Below are positions 38,705 through 52,774 of a stretch of 64,000 bases of DNA, in pieces. The notes beneath the pieces are model-generated. The model searched no databases and was not told the origin of the DNA. It saw nothing but the letters and a program-made list of their open reading frames with translations. Position 1 is the stretch's first letter; each line of letters begins with the position of its first letter. The position numbers and the translations under genes were made by a program. This DNA comes from Octopus vulgaris. Lineage: Eukaryota. The DNA is taken from the NCBI GenBank assembly GCA_951406725.2, contig OX597823.1:43834001-43898000 (forward strand). Direction: 5' to 3'.

Positions 38705-39056
38705 TGCATTGATCAATTTTAACGTTTTTAAGTTCATGAACGTATATTTTAGAAATGATGTGATGTCATATATGTGTGTGTTATATATATGTACTCGGCT
38801 TTCAACTCTTGTGTGAACACCTGAGATAGAATTAGTTTTGGTGCTGGTGAATGTGGAAGTTGTGATGTTGTGGTGGATAGTTGAGTGGTGGGGTAGTGTT
38901 GTATTGATAACTGCTGTGTTCGTCGTTGTTCTCCTTCCTGATCTTGTTCTTGTAGTCGTTGCTGTTGATGTTATTGTTAGTGGTGGTTGTCGTGATGATG
39001 ATGACGACGACGACGACGACGATGATGAGGATGATGATGATGACGACGACGACGAC

Positions 39057-39098
<42 letters not shown>

Positions 39099-39520
39099 GA
39101 TGATGGTGGTGGTTATGGTGATGATGGTGATGATGATGGTGGTGATGATGATGATGATGATGATGGAAATGAGTATGGCAATGGCTGCAATGTAGTCCTT
39201 CAGCCTATTCCTCAGTCCCTCCCTCTCTCTTTCTCTCTCTCTCGATAAATAAGACAAGCAACATGAAATACCACCACCATCAGCAGCAGCAGCATCGATA
39301 CTGTCGTTGTCGTCATCATCACCATCAGCATTCATCACCACAATATCAACTTTATCATAAACATCTCTACCACCACGTGACCACCACCAGCATCTCCACC
39401 GTCATCATACCACCATCACAACCGCCACTACAACAGCAACAACAACAACAACGGCAACAACAACCACTGTAGACCCCCTGACTATTAAGATTATACTCGA
39501 TCGTCATGAACAGCAATAAT

Positions 39521-39568
<48 letters not shown>

Positions 39569-42149
39569 GACTACTACAACTACTACTACTACAGCTAAAC
39601 CACTAAACTAGGATTGGTTTTATTGTGAATCTTTTATAGCACCAATGTTTAGAACGGCTTGAGGATTATAAGGAATAGAGAGAGGAGGAAAGATAAAAGA
39701 GAGAAATAAATGGGGTAGAGGGAGAGAAAAAGAGTAAACAGAAAGAGAGAGGGGGAAAGGGAGAAAGAAAGGGTAGCAGAAAAAGCTAGAGAAACTAGAG
39801 AGAGAGAGAAAAGGGGGGAGATGAGGAGAGAAAGATATAAAAGAGAACAAATATAGCGAGAAAAGGAGAGTGAGAGAGAAAATAGCAAGAGAGAGAGAGA
39901 GAGAAAGACGTGAGTTAATGACCAAATTGTTTGCAAAACTTGAGGGAGATCAAATAATTGTGATTGCATCTCTGTACTAACACCATTTTACATAATTTCC
40001 AACGGAGATAGAAAAGAAAAAAATACGATTTTCCACTCCTCGCAATTTGGGATCAAGGCAGAAAGCAAAAAAATCTCTGTCTACGATCTAGACAAACTTT
40101 TTTGTTTTATAACATGTAGGCTCTACATGTTATAAAATATGTCAAGGCATTATACTATCAGTTTATGGTGTGTTCTCAAAGCTACACATACATTTTCATG
40201 GCGTCATTGCTGGTGGTAGTGTTGTTGTTGTTGTTCTTGCACTTTAACCAGTCTCTCTCTCCCACTCAATCCCCCACTCTCTCCATTTCTCTCTCTATCT
40301 CTATCTCTTTCTCACATAAACACTATCTATGTCTTTCTCTCTCTCTCTCTCTTCCTCTCTATCTCTGTATCGCTTCTTTCTCTCTTTCACGCAAATTCAC
40401 ATGCAACATACATACGTTATGCTTGTCTGTCTCTAAGTTCGGGCCTCGTTTTTCAAAATGATGTGTGTATGTGTATGTTTATACATACATACGTACATAC
40501 ATGCATACATACATACATACATACACACGCACACACACACACACACACACACATACATACATACATACATACATACATACATACATACATACATACATAC
40601 AAATATACATACATACAAATATACATACATACATACATACATACATACATACATACATACAAATATACATACATACATACATACATACATATCAACCCGA
40701 CAGGAACTAAGTATTGTTGAGGGAGAAAATGCAAATCCTTAATTCATACAGTACAAATGACCCCGATATGGGAAACTATAAAAACCTGCATGAACTTCTT
40801 GAGATTTAAAGGGTGATGAACAAAACAAGATGCTTTCCTTCACAACCTGGCTCCAAGTAGGTTGCCGATCCAAAATGTATTCTAAATTAAAAGGAGAAAG
40901 TCAACACGTGACTTGGATGAAGTCACGTGACCAAATAAGACCACTTCCTAAACTCAGTTAATCTGTTCAATCGTTCCGAGTTCCAAAAAGGTTCTTCACC
41001 GTGCATTTGTTTTGAGTGGATAAATCGTTGCGCAGCACTGAATCTACCTAACAGTGAATTCAACTGTAAAACCAGTGGCAGAAGAGAAGTTGAGACGACC
41101 AGAAACGAACTGCACATCAGGTTCTTTTATGCAAGTTTACCTTCTCCGAAAAGGAAGTTCTCCCGAGAACTTGTTTGTCCTTCATTCCAGTGCTATTTAA
41201 CCCATAGCAATACACCTTCATTTCATATTGCTCCAGTCCACTCAGCTGCGACGAAGTGGCGTCTCATTCAGGGGAAATGTTATTACAGTCACCTATACAT
41301 CATGGAAACCTAATAATTGGCTGAGTCCTAGGTTGCAGGACCGTAATGTCCAAAAGCATTACTTACTTTCTATCCCTTCCTACCTCATTGCATATTTTAT
41401 TATAAAGCTTACTTCCTCTTATAACCTCTTAACGATCATCATAAAACTAATACATGCTTAAAGTTCCATCGATAGATAATAGCGTAAGTTGAGAATTTAA
41501 TTATATTAAAGCCAATAAGAATTATTAAAGCCAGTACGAATCTTGTGAAAGCCGATTCTGTTTTTCATTCTTCTGTGTTCTACTTCAGGTTTCACAAAAG
41601 GTGTACCAGCAATATATTGGAATCGATTACGTCAGTCATATAGTCTGTAGTTGCTAAATTAAATGACTTTGTACAGAAGAAATATGAATCGATTTTTATT
41701 GATTTGTGACGAGTGATGAAGAATAGTGTTGGTAAATTGAGAAGTTGAGCCGGGCACATTATTTCAATCATATGTTATAGTTTTTTCACTTTACTTAATC
41801 CATTAATGTCACTGAAAAGAAAATATGTAACCCTTTTCCCTTAGATTACAGAATCTTTATGTCTACACGGTAAGAACCCATCAATAATAAAAGAATGCAG
41901 AGCACTGAATAGTCTAAGTGACATTCCAATGAACTAAATCTATAACTTAATGTAGATCCCCCAGCGAGACTCTTTCGCCTCGCATACGCAGCCACTGCAA
42001 TTTCGGAAGACATCCACGTAGTTTACTACTATTTCGATTCCTCATTTAATTTACGAATATTTATGTATTAATGGATACTTCTGTTCACAAAATCTCAAGT
42101 AATTTTACTCTATGTTACTAAAAACATGTGTAATTATCTATTCGTTATG

Positions 42150-42361
42150 AAGGTAGCCAGCTGGCAGAATCGTTAGCACGCTAGGCAAATTGCTTAACAG
42201 TATTTCTTCTAGCTCTTGTTCTGAGTTCAAATACCGCCGAATTAAATTCGTCTTTCATTGTTACAAGATTGATAAAATAAAGAAGCAGCTTAGCACTGAA
42301 GTGAATGTAAACAACCTCCTCTCCTCTCAAAATTGCTGACCTTTTGCCAAAATTTAAAAGA

Positions 42362-42424
<63 letters not shown>

Positions 42425-42668
42425 GTCATTATTTTTATTTTGTTGCTATGTAGGTGTCGACCTGGCAGAAGCGATAGCACATGAGACAAAACGCAAAGCA
42501 GTGCTTCTTCCAGTTCTTTATATCCTGAGTTCAAATACCGCCTTGGTCTACATTGTCTTTCATTCTTTCGAGATCGATCAAATAAGTTCCATTCGAGCAC
42601 TGGTACCGATTAATGGAGAATAGCGCCCTCCCCCAAAGTTCCAGTCCATGTGCCTGTAGTAGAAAGAA
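42150..42668 (+). mobile_element. Two degenerate SINE copies separated by (ATT)n
   Basis: agctggcagaatcgttagcacg...ctgagttcaaataccgcc at about 42160; a second copy at about 42460-42668 ends gtgcctgtagtagaaagaatt. Confidence 0.8.
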
Positions 42669-43039
42669 TTATTAGTTATAGTTTTCTTGTTTGTGTGAGT
42701 GTGTGTGTTTAATTTTTGTTTTTCCTATAGAATTCACTTTAACTTATTTCTCGTCTCTTTCAAATGAACCTCTCTAGAATATTTCGCAAGAAATGGGAAA
42801 GTGAGAAGCATTTCGAGTTAAAATTAAGTACGTTGTTCACAAGCGTCCCTGAAGAATCTACTTAACTCCTACCTAACACTTTCAGAATTATCAAATTAAA
42901 TCTAGAAAATTCTATAAAGAACCAATAAGCAAAAGGTAAAAAGAATGAACCAAATTCTAATTTCCTCCACGCTCATACATAGACACGAACAAGCAAAGAA
43001 GCAAAAATACATACATACATACATACATACATACATACA

Positions 43040-43070
<31 letters not shown>

Positions 43071-45431
43071 TTTTCATACTTACACATGAATGCACAATAA
43101 TAACACCAAAAGGTTTTACGAGCTACAATTAAGTTTATTATTTAGTTTCTCTGCGACACTCGAAAGTATTTAGTTCCAAGAGACATTTCATTTCCCAAAT
43201 ATGAGTTTTATCTATTTTCAAGAATCGTATCAAAGACAAACCAGCCAATCTAGATGCAATCGTGATTTATGATTGAATTTATCATTGTTAGAATTTATAT
43301 TTATTTATTTATTTATTCTAGTTCAGACTTCGCATTAACCTCTGTTTAGAAATGCTGACAATTTGTTGTATGAGAAAAATAGTTGAAAACTGACAAGGTG
43401 GAGGGGAGGGATACATCAACTCTACCGACACCAGAAGCCAATTGTCTCGTTTCAGTATTTATGTATTTATTTGCTCATTTATTTTTCCTTGTCTTCCATG
43501 AGACAGTTTATATAAATATCAACACATGCAGCTGGGCAAAAGATTGCAGCAGCAGCAACAGCAGAGACAGCAGAAACAACAGCAGCAGCAGCAGCAGCCG
43601 TTCAAGAATTTGGACCTGGAGATCTACATTCCCAGCTACTTCGAGGGCCACCTCCCAGTGTGTCGGGTGTCAACGAAGAGCCCTCGACTACAACAAGACG
43701 ACCAAAGTTTTTTTTTTTTCCAAGGTCTGGGGGTCTCCCGCCCCTAAGCCCTAGACCATCACCTAATCACCCTTATCCGTCCTGTTGCTTAACAACAACA
43801 ACAACAGCAACAGCATCATCAGTAGCAACCTTAGGAGTTGCAATATCAATACCAGCAGTAACAGTGGTATCAGCAGCAGTTGTAACAGCAGTAGAAGTAG
43901 CAGCTGTAGCGGCAACAGGAACATCATATCTTTAAAATAACTTTTAAAATAATGAAGAATTCAGAAAATAAATAAGTCCTTATCAAGCTGATATTTGGAA
44001 CAGGAATTAATATGACATTATAATGGAAGGTTTTAATTTAGATCACATTAAAAATGGGGAGTTTGTACCATAGAATTACGAGCGGTCTCAGGCAGGTTGG
44101 TATCAAAAGGGTTAAAATGATTTATTTTTACATCTTCTCGAAACGTCAACATTTTCATGATCTAAATCATTTATACTTTATGGCATCCGAAAACAAAAGT
44201 TTAACTTTTGATAATAATTCATAGTAATAAACATATCGTAGATTTTTTTTTATCTATCATTAATATTTAGTACAACTGAAGCTCAATGAACAGTCGGTAT
44301 ATTTACATGAAGCAGCCAGCTGAAAATTATTTCAGCTTCTTTCACCACGTGGTGAAAATAAACTAATTATCTTATCAATGTCTACTGTAAAATACATTAA
44401 TCAGTTCTAAAGCTGTAAATTCTTTTACCCGACTAAAACTATTAAATATTTTAACAGTTTGTTTACGAATGTTTCACAATGTGACAATGTTTTGTAAAAG
44501 TAATACTTGAGTTATAATGTAGGCTATTGGAAAATATTTTTGGACAAATAAGTTTCAATAGGAAGTAAACATAAATCGTGAATTGATAGAGTGACAGTTC
44601 ACCGTCAACAGCTCTTTATCCAGTAGCTATATAATTTTGTGCCACTATATAGACAGCTAGTTTCGGAGACAGAGTGTCAGTTCATCGTCATCAGTTCATA
44701 GCATATATTGATATCGTGTTGTGTTACTGTCCTAATATCTACGGTTTTCATGTAGTCTTACAGCTTACTGTCATCCGTTGTAGAGGACGGATTATATATT
44801 AATAATGAACTATTTCATTTAATTCATAATACTGTGTTCATCGCAGGGAACAAGATACGAACAGTTGTTCCTTCAAGTAACAATATGATACTATATTGAT
44901 TCGGCCAACGTCAACTTTCTGCAGAAAACTTCATTAATGAAAAAAAAAGAATTTCTTAGTAGCCCAACCGGCATCGAGATAAACATGCTGCTATGGTTAT
45001 ATTGCATTTAACCACTTTAAATGGTATCAAGCGCATCAAGTGAGCTTGATACATTGAGCATCTCCTATATACGTGGTTAAATTTATCTCCCTTATTAAGA
45101 CACAATTTCTCTGATTTAAAGTATAATGTTATAATATCTATGGCTTTTTCACAAGCTTCAGCAAAATTACATCAATAAGAATTCGAAATTGTGTCGCAGA
45201 TTCGACATGGCGAGAATCTTAGTTTACTCGAACCAATGAAAGTATCTCTATATACTTGCTCAACCTGCTACAATTAACAATCAAACCTAATCTCTCTTAA
45301 AATGGCTGATTATATCGACGTAAGTAGTTTTGAATATTTTTTTCTTACAAAAGAAAACTAGATTCTCCTGTCTTCTATCTTGAATCGCGGTTAGATGATA
45401 TAAGTTCGACACTGAAACAATAAAGTCACCT

Positions 45432-45648
45432 TCTCAAGTCATGCCGGCTCATAAGGGCCGGTTTCCTGGTTTCCCTGCCGTATAAATTCCCCACATGGAC
45501 GGACGCCGGTCCGTCGCAGGATTACTCATTTTTGCCAGCTGAGTGAACTGGAGCGACATGAAATGAAGTGTTTTGCTCAAAAAACATAACGCGTCGCGCG
45601 GTGTAGGACTCATGGGTCCAACACTCTAACTACTAAGCCATGCGGCTC
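45432..45648 (-). mobile_element. tRNA-derived SINE of a second family
   Basis: Minus strand begins gcatggcttagtagttagagtgttggac (A-box-like), followed by ttgagcaaaacacttcatttc...ccagttcactcagctg. Related remnants lie at about 55080-55120 and 60220-60290. Confidence 0.7.
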
Positions 45649-46247
45649 TAAACTGAAAAAATATACACATTTCAAAGGCATGATACTGTGGTTTTTGTCC
45701 GAGATAAAATCTCTTCATAGATATGTATTAAATACGCAAGATATATAGAAGCAAGATATCAATCGTGCCAGCAGCGACCCAAGAAAACGTCAAACATATT
45801 TCGACTTCTTAAAACCTATCAATTACGTATACTCGCTAATTACATGCCAAGGGAAATCTGTTTTCTCCGATATTTAGGGAATAGAATATAAAACATTTAC
45901 TGACATTGCAGATAGCCAACAAGCACTGGATTGGCTCAGGGAAACACAGAGCTCAAGGAAACCCAAACGCATTTGATGCTCTTGTGGACCATTGCTGGAA
46001 CGATATTCATCTCGCAGCAATATGTATAGTGTTTTCAACAGCATTTCTAAGAAGAGATTTTCTCTCAAACAAATACCTCAGTGTCATGCCTGTCAAAAGT
46101 ATGTATACGTAAGTATGATACATAGATGACTATTTTAATTCAATGTTGTTTCAGTTACATGCATCGACTAAAATATGTGTTCTAAATCAAATGAACAGCA
46201 TTATAAAGCTATAATTTGATCTAAAGAGTGATATGGTTTCTATAATA

Positions 46248-46760
46248 TCTATATATATAAAACTGTAGTTGTGTGAGTGTCTGTCCCCTTCGATTTAGAT
46301 TCCTAACTACTCCCACATTTTGCGGTGCAGTTTAACCAAATTCGGGTATCTTATAGTCGTGATTCATATCGAGCCCGTCTGACTATTAGCGCGCGTCTAC
46401 TATGAGTCTACGATTTAAAAAATAATTTAACATAATTTTTTATTCCATTTTAATGCATAATTTTTCGTGTGTCGATGGCGGCGGAGTTGGCGTCCATGGT
46501 CACACCTACACCTGTTTGCTTCTCCCCCTTCTTCCCTCCCTCGTGAAGCTGTGGGGAAGGGAGTGTAAGGAAATCAACGTCGTAAAGCGTTGTCAAGGAG
46601 ACCAGCGTTCTTTTAGAACAACGACTTCATGGCTTGAAGACACCAAAACAGAAATGGCTAAGAAAGCCCGAATTGGCATCTATAAGGGAAGTAACTCTCT
46701 AAAAATGCTTATATAGTTATTTCCCTTACAAACCCGAGCAACGCCGGGCGATACTGCTAG
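46248..46760 (+). mobile_element. Complete non-autonomous Helitron (513 bp)
   Basis: 5' end TCTATATATATAAA follows host A (46247); 3' GC-rich hairpin cccgagcaacgccggg (46733-46748); CTAG end (46757-60) precedes host T. These are canonical Helitron termini at an A/T insertion site. Confidence 0.9.
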
Positions 46761-47132
46761 TAATACATATAATCAAACAATACTATTTACGGAAATCACC
46801 TAAAAAATCAACAGTATATCGGAAAGAATAGCTATAGCAATGACAGCAACGACGATGAAGATCTTCTCAAGTCGACAACTCTGCATAGGATACAGGATAC
46901 ATGAGAGTGTCTAGTATGATTTATGACCTCATACATCCGGTACATAAATCAAAATTGATGCTAGAAAAATATTTGGGAACGATTACCCAACAGAAATTCC
47001 AAAATTCGAGATAGAAACAGGTAACAAGTACAGGTTATAAAATAAGTATCCATATATAGCAAAACATAATCACAATATTATATACATATACGCATTATAT
47101 ACATATACGCATTATATACATATACGCATTAT

Positions 47133-47273
<141 letters not shown>

Positions 47274-47278
47274 TAGAC

Positions 47279-47341
<63 letters not shown>

Positions 47342-47356
47342 GAGATAGAGAGACAA

Positions 47357-47594
47357 ACGCTGGCTTGGCTGCATGGTAAGAAGCTTTCTTCCCAACTACA
47401 TGCTGTGTTCGGTTTCACTGCATGACACCTTGAGTGAGTATCTTCTTCTATAGTCACGAACTGACCAAAGACCTGAATGGATTTGCGAGATAGAACTGAA
47501 AGACGCTTGTCCTATATATGTATATGTGTGTGTATGTGTGAGAAAGAGAGTGTGTGTGTGAGTGAGAGAGAGTGTGTGTGTGAGAGAGAGAGAG

Positions 47595-47632
<38 letters not shown>

Positions 47633-47818
47633 TGTGTTTGTGTTTGACCGCCCACTACCGCTCGGCAACCGGTACTGGTGAGTTTACGGTCCCGTAATTA
47701 GCGGTTCGGCAAAAGATACCGATAGAATAAGTACCAGTAATAAAAAAAATAAAAATACTTGTATTGATACATTCGACTAAAAGTATTGTTCAAGGCGGTG
47801 CTCTAATGACTGGAACAA

Positions 47819-47820
<2 letters not shown>
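47357..47820 (+). mobile_element. Third SINE family with an internal (GT/GA)n tract
   Basis: Head tggctgcatggtaagaagc, then ctgaccaaag...gaactgaaaga, the microsatellite, and a tail cccgtaattagcggttcggcaaaagataccgatagaataagtac...aaggcggtgctc...gactggaacaagta. Tail remnant at about 10550-10610; minus-strand head remnant at about 61160-61290. Confidence 0.75.
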
Positions 47821-47868
<48 letters not shown>

Positions 47869-47869
<1 letters not shown>

Positions 47870-48277
47870 GTAATGGGGGAAATTAATTAGTGAACAATAA
47901 TATGAAATGTTGGAGTCAGTAGTTGTATCGATAAAAATTTGTTGTTATAACGGCATGTTGTAGGATGTGAAAGATGAACAATGCATGAAGTTTTAAGAAA
48001 GCATTTATTTACCGTTACGTTACAATACCTCCCCTCGACGGGCAGGTGATGATATCGTAAAGCATGCGAAGTAAAGATAGATGTATAGTTTATGTTTGTG
48101 TTCCCTTCATTGTTTAGCAGTAATTACAGAGAGAGAGAGAGAGAGAGAGAATGATGTAAGAGAACAGAATTAGAGCTAGTGAGAGTGTGTGACGAAGGCT
48201 CGCATAGTCACTGATAGTAAACTTCATTTCTTCCTCTGGTCAAGGTTCTAGCGGTCCGTTCACTAACTGATGTTTTT

Positions 48278-48331
<54 letters not shown>

Positions 48332-48633
48332 ACTCACGAGTCGTCACCAAGTGATTGACTGTCTTTTGCTTGCGGGTTCTTGTTTTTATAACTATCCAGA
48401 AGAATAGGCATATCATTGAGAGCAATGGGCTTCGTTGGTGGTACTGTGATATCTCTACTCTAGCTTTTGGTAAAGTAGAAGAGGTTATAAGGGTCAAGTG
48501 ATTATTTCGGCCTAGCTAAGGCAATCTGGCAAATGTCAGAGAAAAACCATTGTTCCACCGTGGGAAAAGTTCTGTTGATGTGTTAATTTAAATTTGGCTG
48601 TGGTGGATCAATCCACTTCATGCTTGGAAGATT

Positions 48634-48640
<7 letters not shown>
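47869..48640 (-). mobile_element. Probable solo LTR inserted in (TA)n
   Basis: Bounded by TGTAATG (47869) and CACTACA (48640), i.e. TG...CA with short inverted termini, and by (TA)n on both sides. The minus strand has TATAAAAA (about 48390) and AATAAA (about 48009). Confidence 0.6.
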
Positions 48641-48665
<25 letters not shown>

Positions 48666-50220
48666 CACCGACTGTCCTACTAGGATATGTACTCCAATTT
48701 CAACATCTTATCACTCCACAACAACAACAAACGCGATTATATCACACCTCTCTGTCACAGTAACAATAACTGACCATCCAAAATTACGCGAACGCTTTTA
48801 TCAGACATCTCTCAAAAAATCAGCCACCGAAGAGGAAACAACTTAAAATGTAAAATGCGTACTTTCCACCAAGACAATAGGTTTTAAGGTCGTTCTTTTC
48901 ATCAGATATTGAAAAAGCAATTGAGAAGTTTAAAACCTCACAACCTTTGAGCTGAGTAACAGCATAAGTATACACATAACATACCTAGAACCTGAAAAAA
49001 ATCATTTCATTCTTCAATACGCACCATTACTCCTGACAACAGTCCCGTTTTCTGTTCTAACACTCATACACCTGGACTCTGGTACTACAATTTAAAACCC
49101 TATCTCTTCTACTGCTGCTAAAAACTTAAGATATAGATATAGATATAGATATAGAAATAAAGACGGAGTTTTGAAACAGTTTGTTTTATATTTAGTTTGT
49201 AAGATTTTAAATGTGAATTCATGTCTAGAAACAAATCTTGTATATCGGGAGGCTCATAAGACCAATAAACACATGTATTAGTTCTATTTCACTTTTATTA
49301 TGTTATTATTCTATGATTAAATCAACTCGGTCCATCAGTTCTTTCGTCTCAATTTGTTGCCTTCCCAGTGACACGCCCTCTCTACTTCTCGTCTGTTGGC
49401 CTGGAATTGTTGTAATTTGAAACTCACGCATCATGAGAAAAGGACTTTTTTCTCCATTTTCCATTTTTTTCTTGTATTCTTGTTTCATGCTATAAAAATT
49501 AATGTTAGAAAAAACATTTTTTACCAAAACATTTATTCTACACTTTTGTCCATTGCTTCGGACCCTCTTCTTTTCCCATGAAATATGGGACTTCGAAGGA
49601 CAGCTACTTCAAAATCTTGTCGAAATAAATATATCAGTTGACTAACTGGTTCAAAGTTCTGCTTAAATGCACCCCACTAATCATAAGTACAGAAGAATAA
49701 CAACCGTCACGCTCTGACCGACATTGCCATGCAGAAACAGACTGACCCGTGGAGGCGATACATGTCTAAACTCTTATATGTTAATTGGTTCTCAAAGAAG
49801 TGAAAGTATGCAGTACCAAACCGCATGTATTTCGAAAATCAGTCACAAAAGAAGAAACAGAGAATGAACAGTATGCAGAGTAGCCCATCTTCACCAAAAT
49901 ATTTTACCTCTTCCGTTCTTCAGCTACCAAAAAAGCAAGAGGGATATCCAGAAATCCAAAACTAATCTGCTCGGAAGATTTGATCGGTTTTGAGTTTGGG
50001 GATTTCCCTCAAATATCTTCTGTTCGTTGCTGGTTGTACAATTGACATTTTTATAGCAATAAATCTGTTAGGCCAGACCTGATTTGGGGTTATATAAATA
50101 TAGTAACGTTACGAAACCTCCTGACAAGTTAAACTCGCTTTTTATTGAGTAAACTAGCTATTATAGACAGTTTTTTAGGCGACCTGGTTCTCGAGTGATG
50201 CACAAACAAACACACACGTA

Positions 50221-50289
<69 letters not shown>

Positions 50290-50294
50290 AACAT

Positions 50295-50342
<48 letters not shown>

Positions 50343-51067
50343 TGTGTCTATGTGCGTATGTGTTTGTGTGTTTGTATGTAAGTGTATATGTATGTATGTA
50401 TGTACGTACGAAGAGAAAGAGACGGACAAACAGAAAGAAAGAAAGGGATTATTTACGTTGGCTGTCACAAACAATGGTGTTTTAAGTGCTTTTCATATAT
50501 GACCAGAAGCCATAATAATTTAAACATTTTAAAAGAACTGATCGCAACACTATTTGGTGAGGGAGCCATCACAGTAGAAAGCGATGGAGGAAAGGAGAGA
50601 AAGTGGATGATTAAAGGGCTTACATTTTCTTCTTTTCTTTCTTTGTTTCGTTGTTTAAAATGCTATAACACTATGCAATGTCGATCAAACTAAGACACAT
50701 TCTGAAGAGCTTTCACCGCCATTACAAACAAAACTTGAAAAGAACAACTGACATCTGATGCGAGCTTTGTTTTAAGGTCATTTGGAAATGTTTTCGGACT
50801 TTCAATGGCTTTGTTTTCAAAACGAGGTTACTTTAGTACGAACAGGAAACATTAAATGACGTTGAAAAACATTAAGAGACATCGCGCAGTAATTGTAGTT
50901 AAGTCTGATGAAAGAAATATATAAATATATGTGTGTATATAGATACTGTATTCGATGTATGCCTGAGTGTGCGTGTATGTGTGCGTGTGTGAGGTGTGTG
51001 TATGCACATATGCACATACATATATACATGTGTATATGTGTTAGTATAGACAAACATATTTATATAT

Positions 51068-51100
<33 letters not shown>

Positions 51101-51105
51101 CATGC

Positions 51106-51138
<33 letters not shown>

Positions 51139-51213
51139 TGTATGTATACAAATATCTAGTATGCAAGTGTTTATGTGTCTATACGCTTTCCGGCGGAGAG
51201 GCAAATATAATGT

Positions 51214-51266
<53 letters not shown>

Positions 51267-52180
51267 CGCGCACACATACATATATGCATATATATATAGA
51301 GAGAGAGAGGGGGGGAGAGAGATAGACAAATAAAGGCACAAATCGACAGGGACAAAGACAGGCAGAGAACTGCGTGCGTGTGTATGTGTGTGTATGTATG
51401 TGCATGTGTGTGTATAGGCGTGTGCGCGCTTACGTGCTCACGTGCGCTCGTGTATGCGTGTATGTGTGTATGTGTGTAAGTCTACGAATTTTAGTTAATC
51501 ATTACAAATAGTTTCAATACAGCTTGGGACACACGAGTAAACAATAGAACGGTATGTTATATGTTGTAAATTATGTTTTACTACAGAAACATAAAGGCTA
51601 ATATATTTATGCAGATACAAAAGTTAATATTTTAGTGTTGCGAAAATGAGAAATAGGTTACGTTCAGTCGTTTCTCAAAGGTTTTAAACAATGCGACTGA
51701 TGTGGCCGCGTCCAAAGAAAGAACGGGGTTTTTATGACTTGGTCAAAAGAAAACAGACAGCGAGTATGACCTTTCCGCAAAGGCCTTTTGACTTGTGAGA
51801 GAAAGAAGTTGAGGATAAACAACAGCCCATTGGTTGATCGAAGACCAGATCGGAAATTCTTACATCTTCCGATATAAATAATAATTTAACTATACCGATA
51901 TTTTAATATATGTAAGAGTATGTTGTTTTGCTTCGGTGTCCGTTGTAAGCAAAAGCACATAGCAAGCGAACAACATAAAATAATTGGCACTGATTGGCAC
52001 TGTGTATGAGTGCGCGTCAATCTGTATATGTAATTCTGTTTGTATGTGTGTGTGAGTGTGTGTATGCATGTGTGCGTGTGTTTATACACATACACACACA
52101 CCCATATGTATATGCATTCCTTTATGTGTGTGCGCGCGCGCGCGTGTGTGTGTGTACATACGTATGCTGTGTGTGTAGAC

Positions 52181-52241
<61 letters not shown>

Positions 52242-52242
52242 T

Positions 52243-52774
52243 GTTTCTTTATTAGCCACACAGGGCTGCACACAGATAGAACAAATTACAAGGTAGAGCT
52301 TTTCTTTTGAAGGTTTAAAAAAAAAAAAAAAAAAGAAAAAGGAAGGGGAGTTTCGATCAAAAGGGATCGTAAAAGGAGAGAAAGAGGACAAAAAAAAGGG
52401 GTTAAAAAAAGGGGGGAGAGGAAAAAAAAAAAAAAAAAAAAAAAATTGATCAATAGGGATCGTTATCACAGAAATGTCAATATGAAGTGTAAAGGGGAGG
52501 ACAGGTGAGGTTTACCCGTGGAAAGAAAAGCCTACGGAAAAGACCACGGTAACCTCGGTCAATGAAGTCACATTTTATATTTCTTTTTTTTTTTTTTTTT
52601 GCAAATAAGCAACTCTCTGTTTTCGATTTCTGGGTTCATAGGACTATGCTCAAGGTGGCTTCGTCATTCATACGTGCCATTCTTGCTACATTCACCCATC
52701 TTTTTTTAAAACATTCGCTAGACAAAACTTGCCTCTCTACTCTCACTTTCCTTTTCAAGTGGTACTTGAAGAAA
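52243..52774 (-). mobile_element. 5'-truncated LINE 3' end (Tx1/L1-like) inserted in (GATA)n
   Basis: ORF end FFKYHLKRKVRVERQVLSSECFKKRWVNVARM...*, a T-rich 3' UTR and terminal AATAAAGAAA, with (GATA)n on both sides. Clade assignment rests on the F...W C-terminus and poly(A) signal (inference). Confidence 0.7.

Noticed and set aside
48875-48912. Minus-strand caatat-CTGATGA-AAAG...CCTT-AAAACC-tattg
   Set aside because: GAAA and the cleavage triplet are missing; too degenerate to call.
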